Part shown: positions 49,166 to 49,797 of the stretch, one piece after another | Numbering within the stretch: the first letter of the stretch is position 1 | Layout: each line of letters starts with the position of its first letter | Origin: Catajapyx aquilonaris | Lineage: Eukaryota | NCBI GenBank assembly: GCA_000934665.2 | Contig: JYFJ02002866.1 | Location: forward strand, 1 to 49,797 | Length of the DNA: 49,797 bases | Direction of reading: 5' to 3' | Position numbers and translations under genes: made by a program | The notes under the pieces: generated by a model | Seen by the model: only the letters and a program-made list of their open reading frames with translations | The model's database searches: none | What the model was told of the DNA's origin: nothing

Positions 49166-49639
49166 GGTGCAGCCATCATCATCTACGAACAGTCCAGTGC
49201 GGGAGTGTGTGGGTGTGCATATTGTACATATTTGTGTGTACATATTCCTTCCCTTTTCCTCCCCCCAACCTATCCAGGAGGACGCCTGGTGGACGCTAGT
49301 GTTAGGTTGGTTTCCAATTCCTTCCCCCCCTATCCACCCCCACGATGGTATTTCTACCTTGACGTGGTGTGGGGGCTTGCGTTCTCCTACCCCCAGAGCT
49401 TTCTAGCTGGGGGTAGGAGACAGACTAAGAGAGATACCAACCTGAATCAGTTCCAACAATTGAAATAATGACCAATAATGATTTGCCATTATTTATATCA
49501 CTTGTCCAGGTTAGTATGCTATGCGTTACGTAATATTGCAGTTACCTCTACATGAAGAAATAAACATTTCTTATCTCTTTTTTTTTTCTGATTTAGCTCG
49601 TGATGAGTTCAAAACTTGGCAGGCTTCTGCGAACTCCCG

Positions 49640-49797
49640 CCCTGGGTGTGCCCCTCCTCAGGCAGGAGGTGCAGGACATATGGAGGGAGGAGCAGCAGCG
49701 CGTTGCCTGCCTACAGGACCCAGTGGGAACCGACCTCTACACGACGGTCAGGAAGGAGAACCGGAGCAGCCTGTCCACCTTCCAGTCTTGAGGTGTG
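49640..49797 (+). pseudogene. Further DUF6729-like fragment running off the window edge
   Basis: LGVPLLRQEVQDIWREEQQRVACLQDPVGTDLYTTVRKEN, homologous to 46970-47135. Confidence 0.88.

Overview
AT-rich, repeat-dense eukaryotic DNA, very probably arthropod (gustatory receptors, arthropod-type U6). It contains: (1) two intact 4-exon gustatory receptor (GR) genes arranged head-to-head (17898-19331 minus, 19771-21083 plus), plus a decayed GR relic; (2) a full-length U6 snRNA (28486-28592) followed by degenerate U6-derived units (period ~325 bp), each carrying a ~108-bp hairpin-forming insert, with the array interrupted by a 5'-truncated RT-encoding LINE flanked by a 15-bp target-site duplication (TSD); (3) an apparently intact 13-exon, ~1454-aa DUF6729-like gene (43409-49165) with a Mutator-like D-D-DxxH-E motif order, accompanied by at least six broken copies or fragments; (4) a tRNA-SINE, Gypsy, EnSpm, hAT and pogo-like remnants, microsatellites and old local duplications. 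Most ORFs in the supplied track are spurious. Family assignments come from motif recognition by eye, not database searches.
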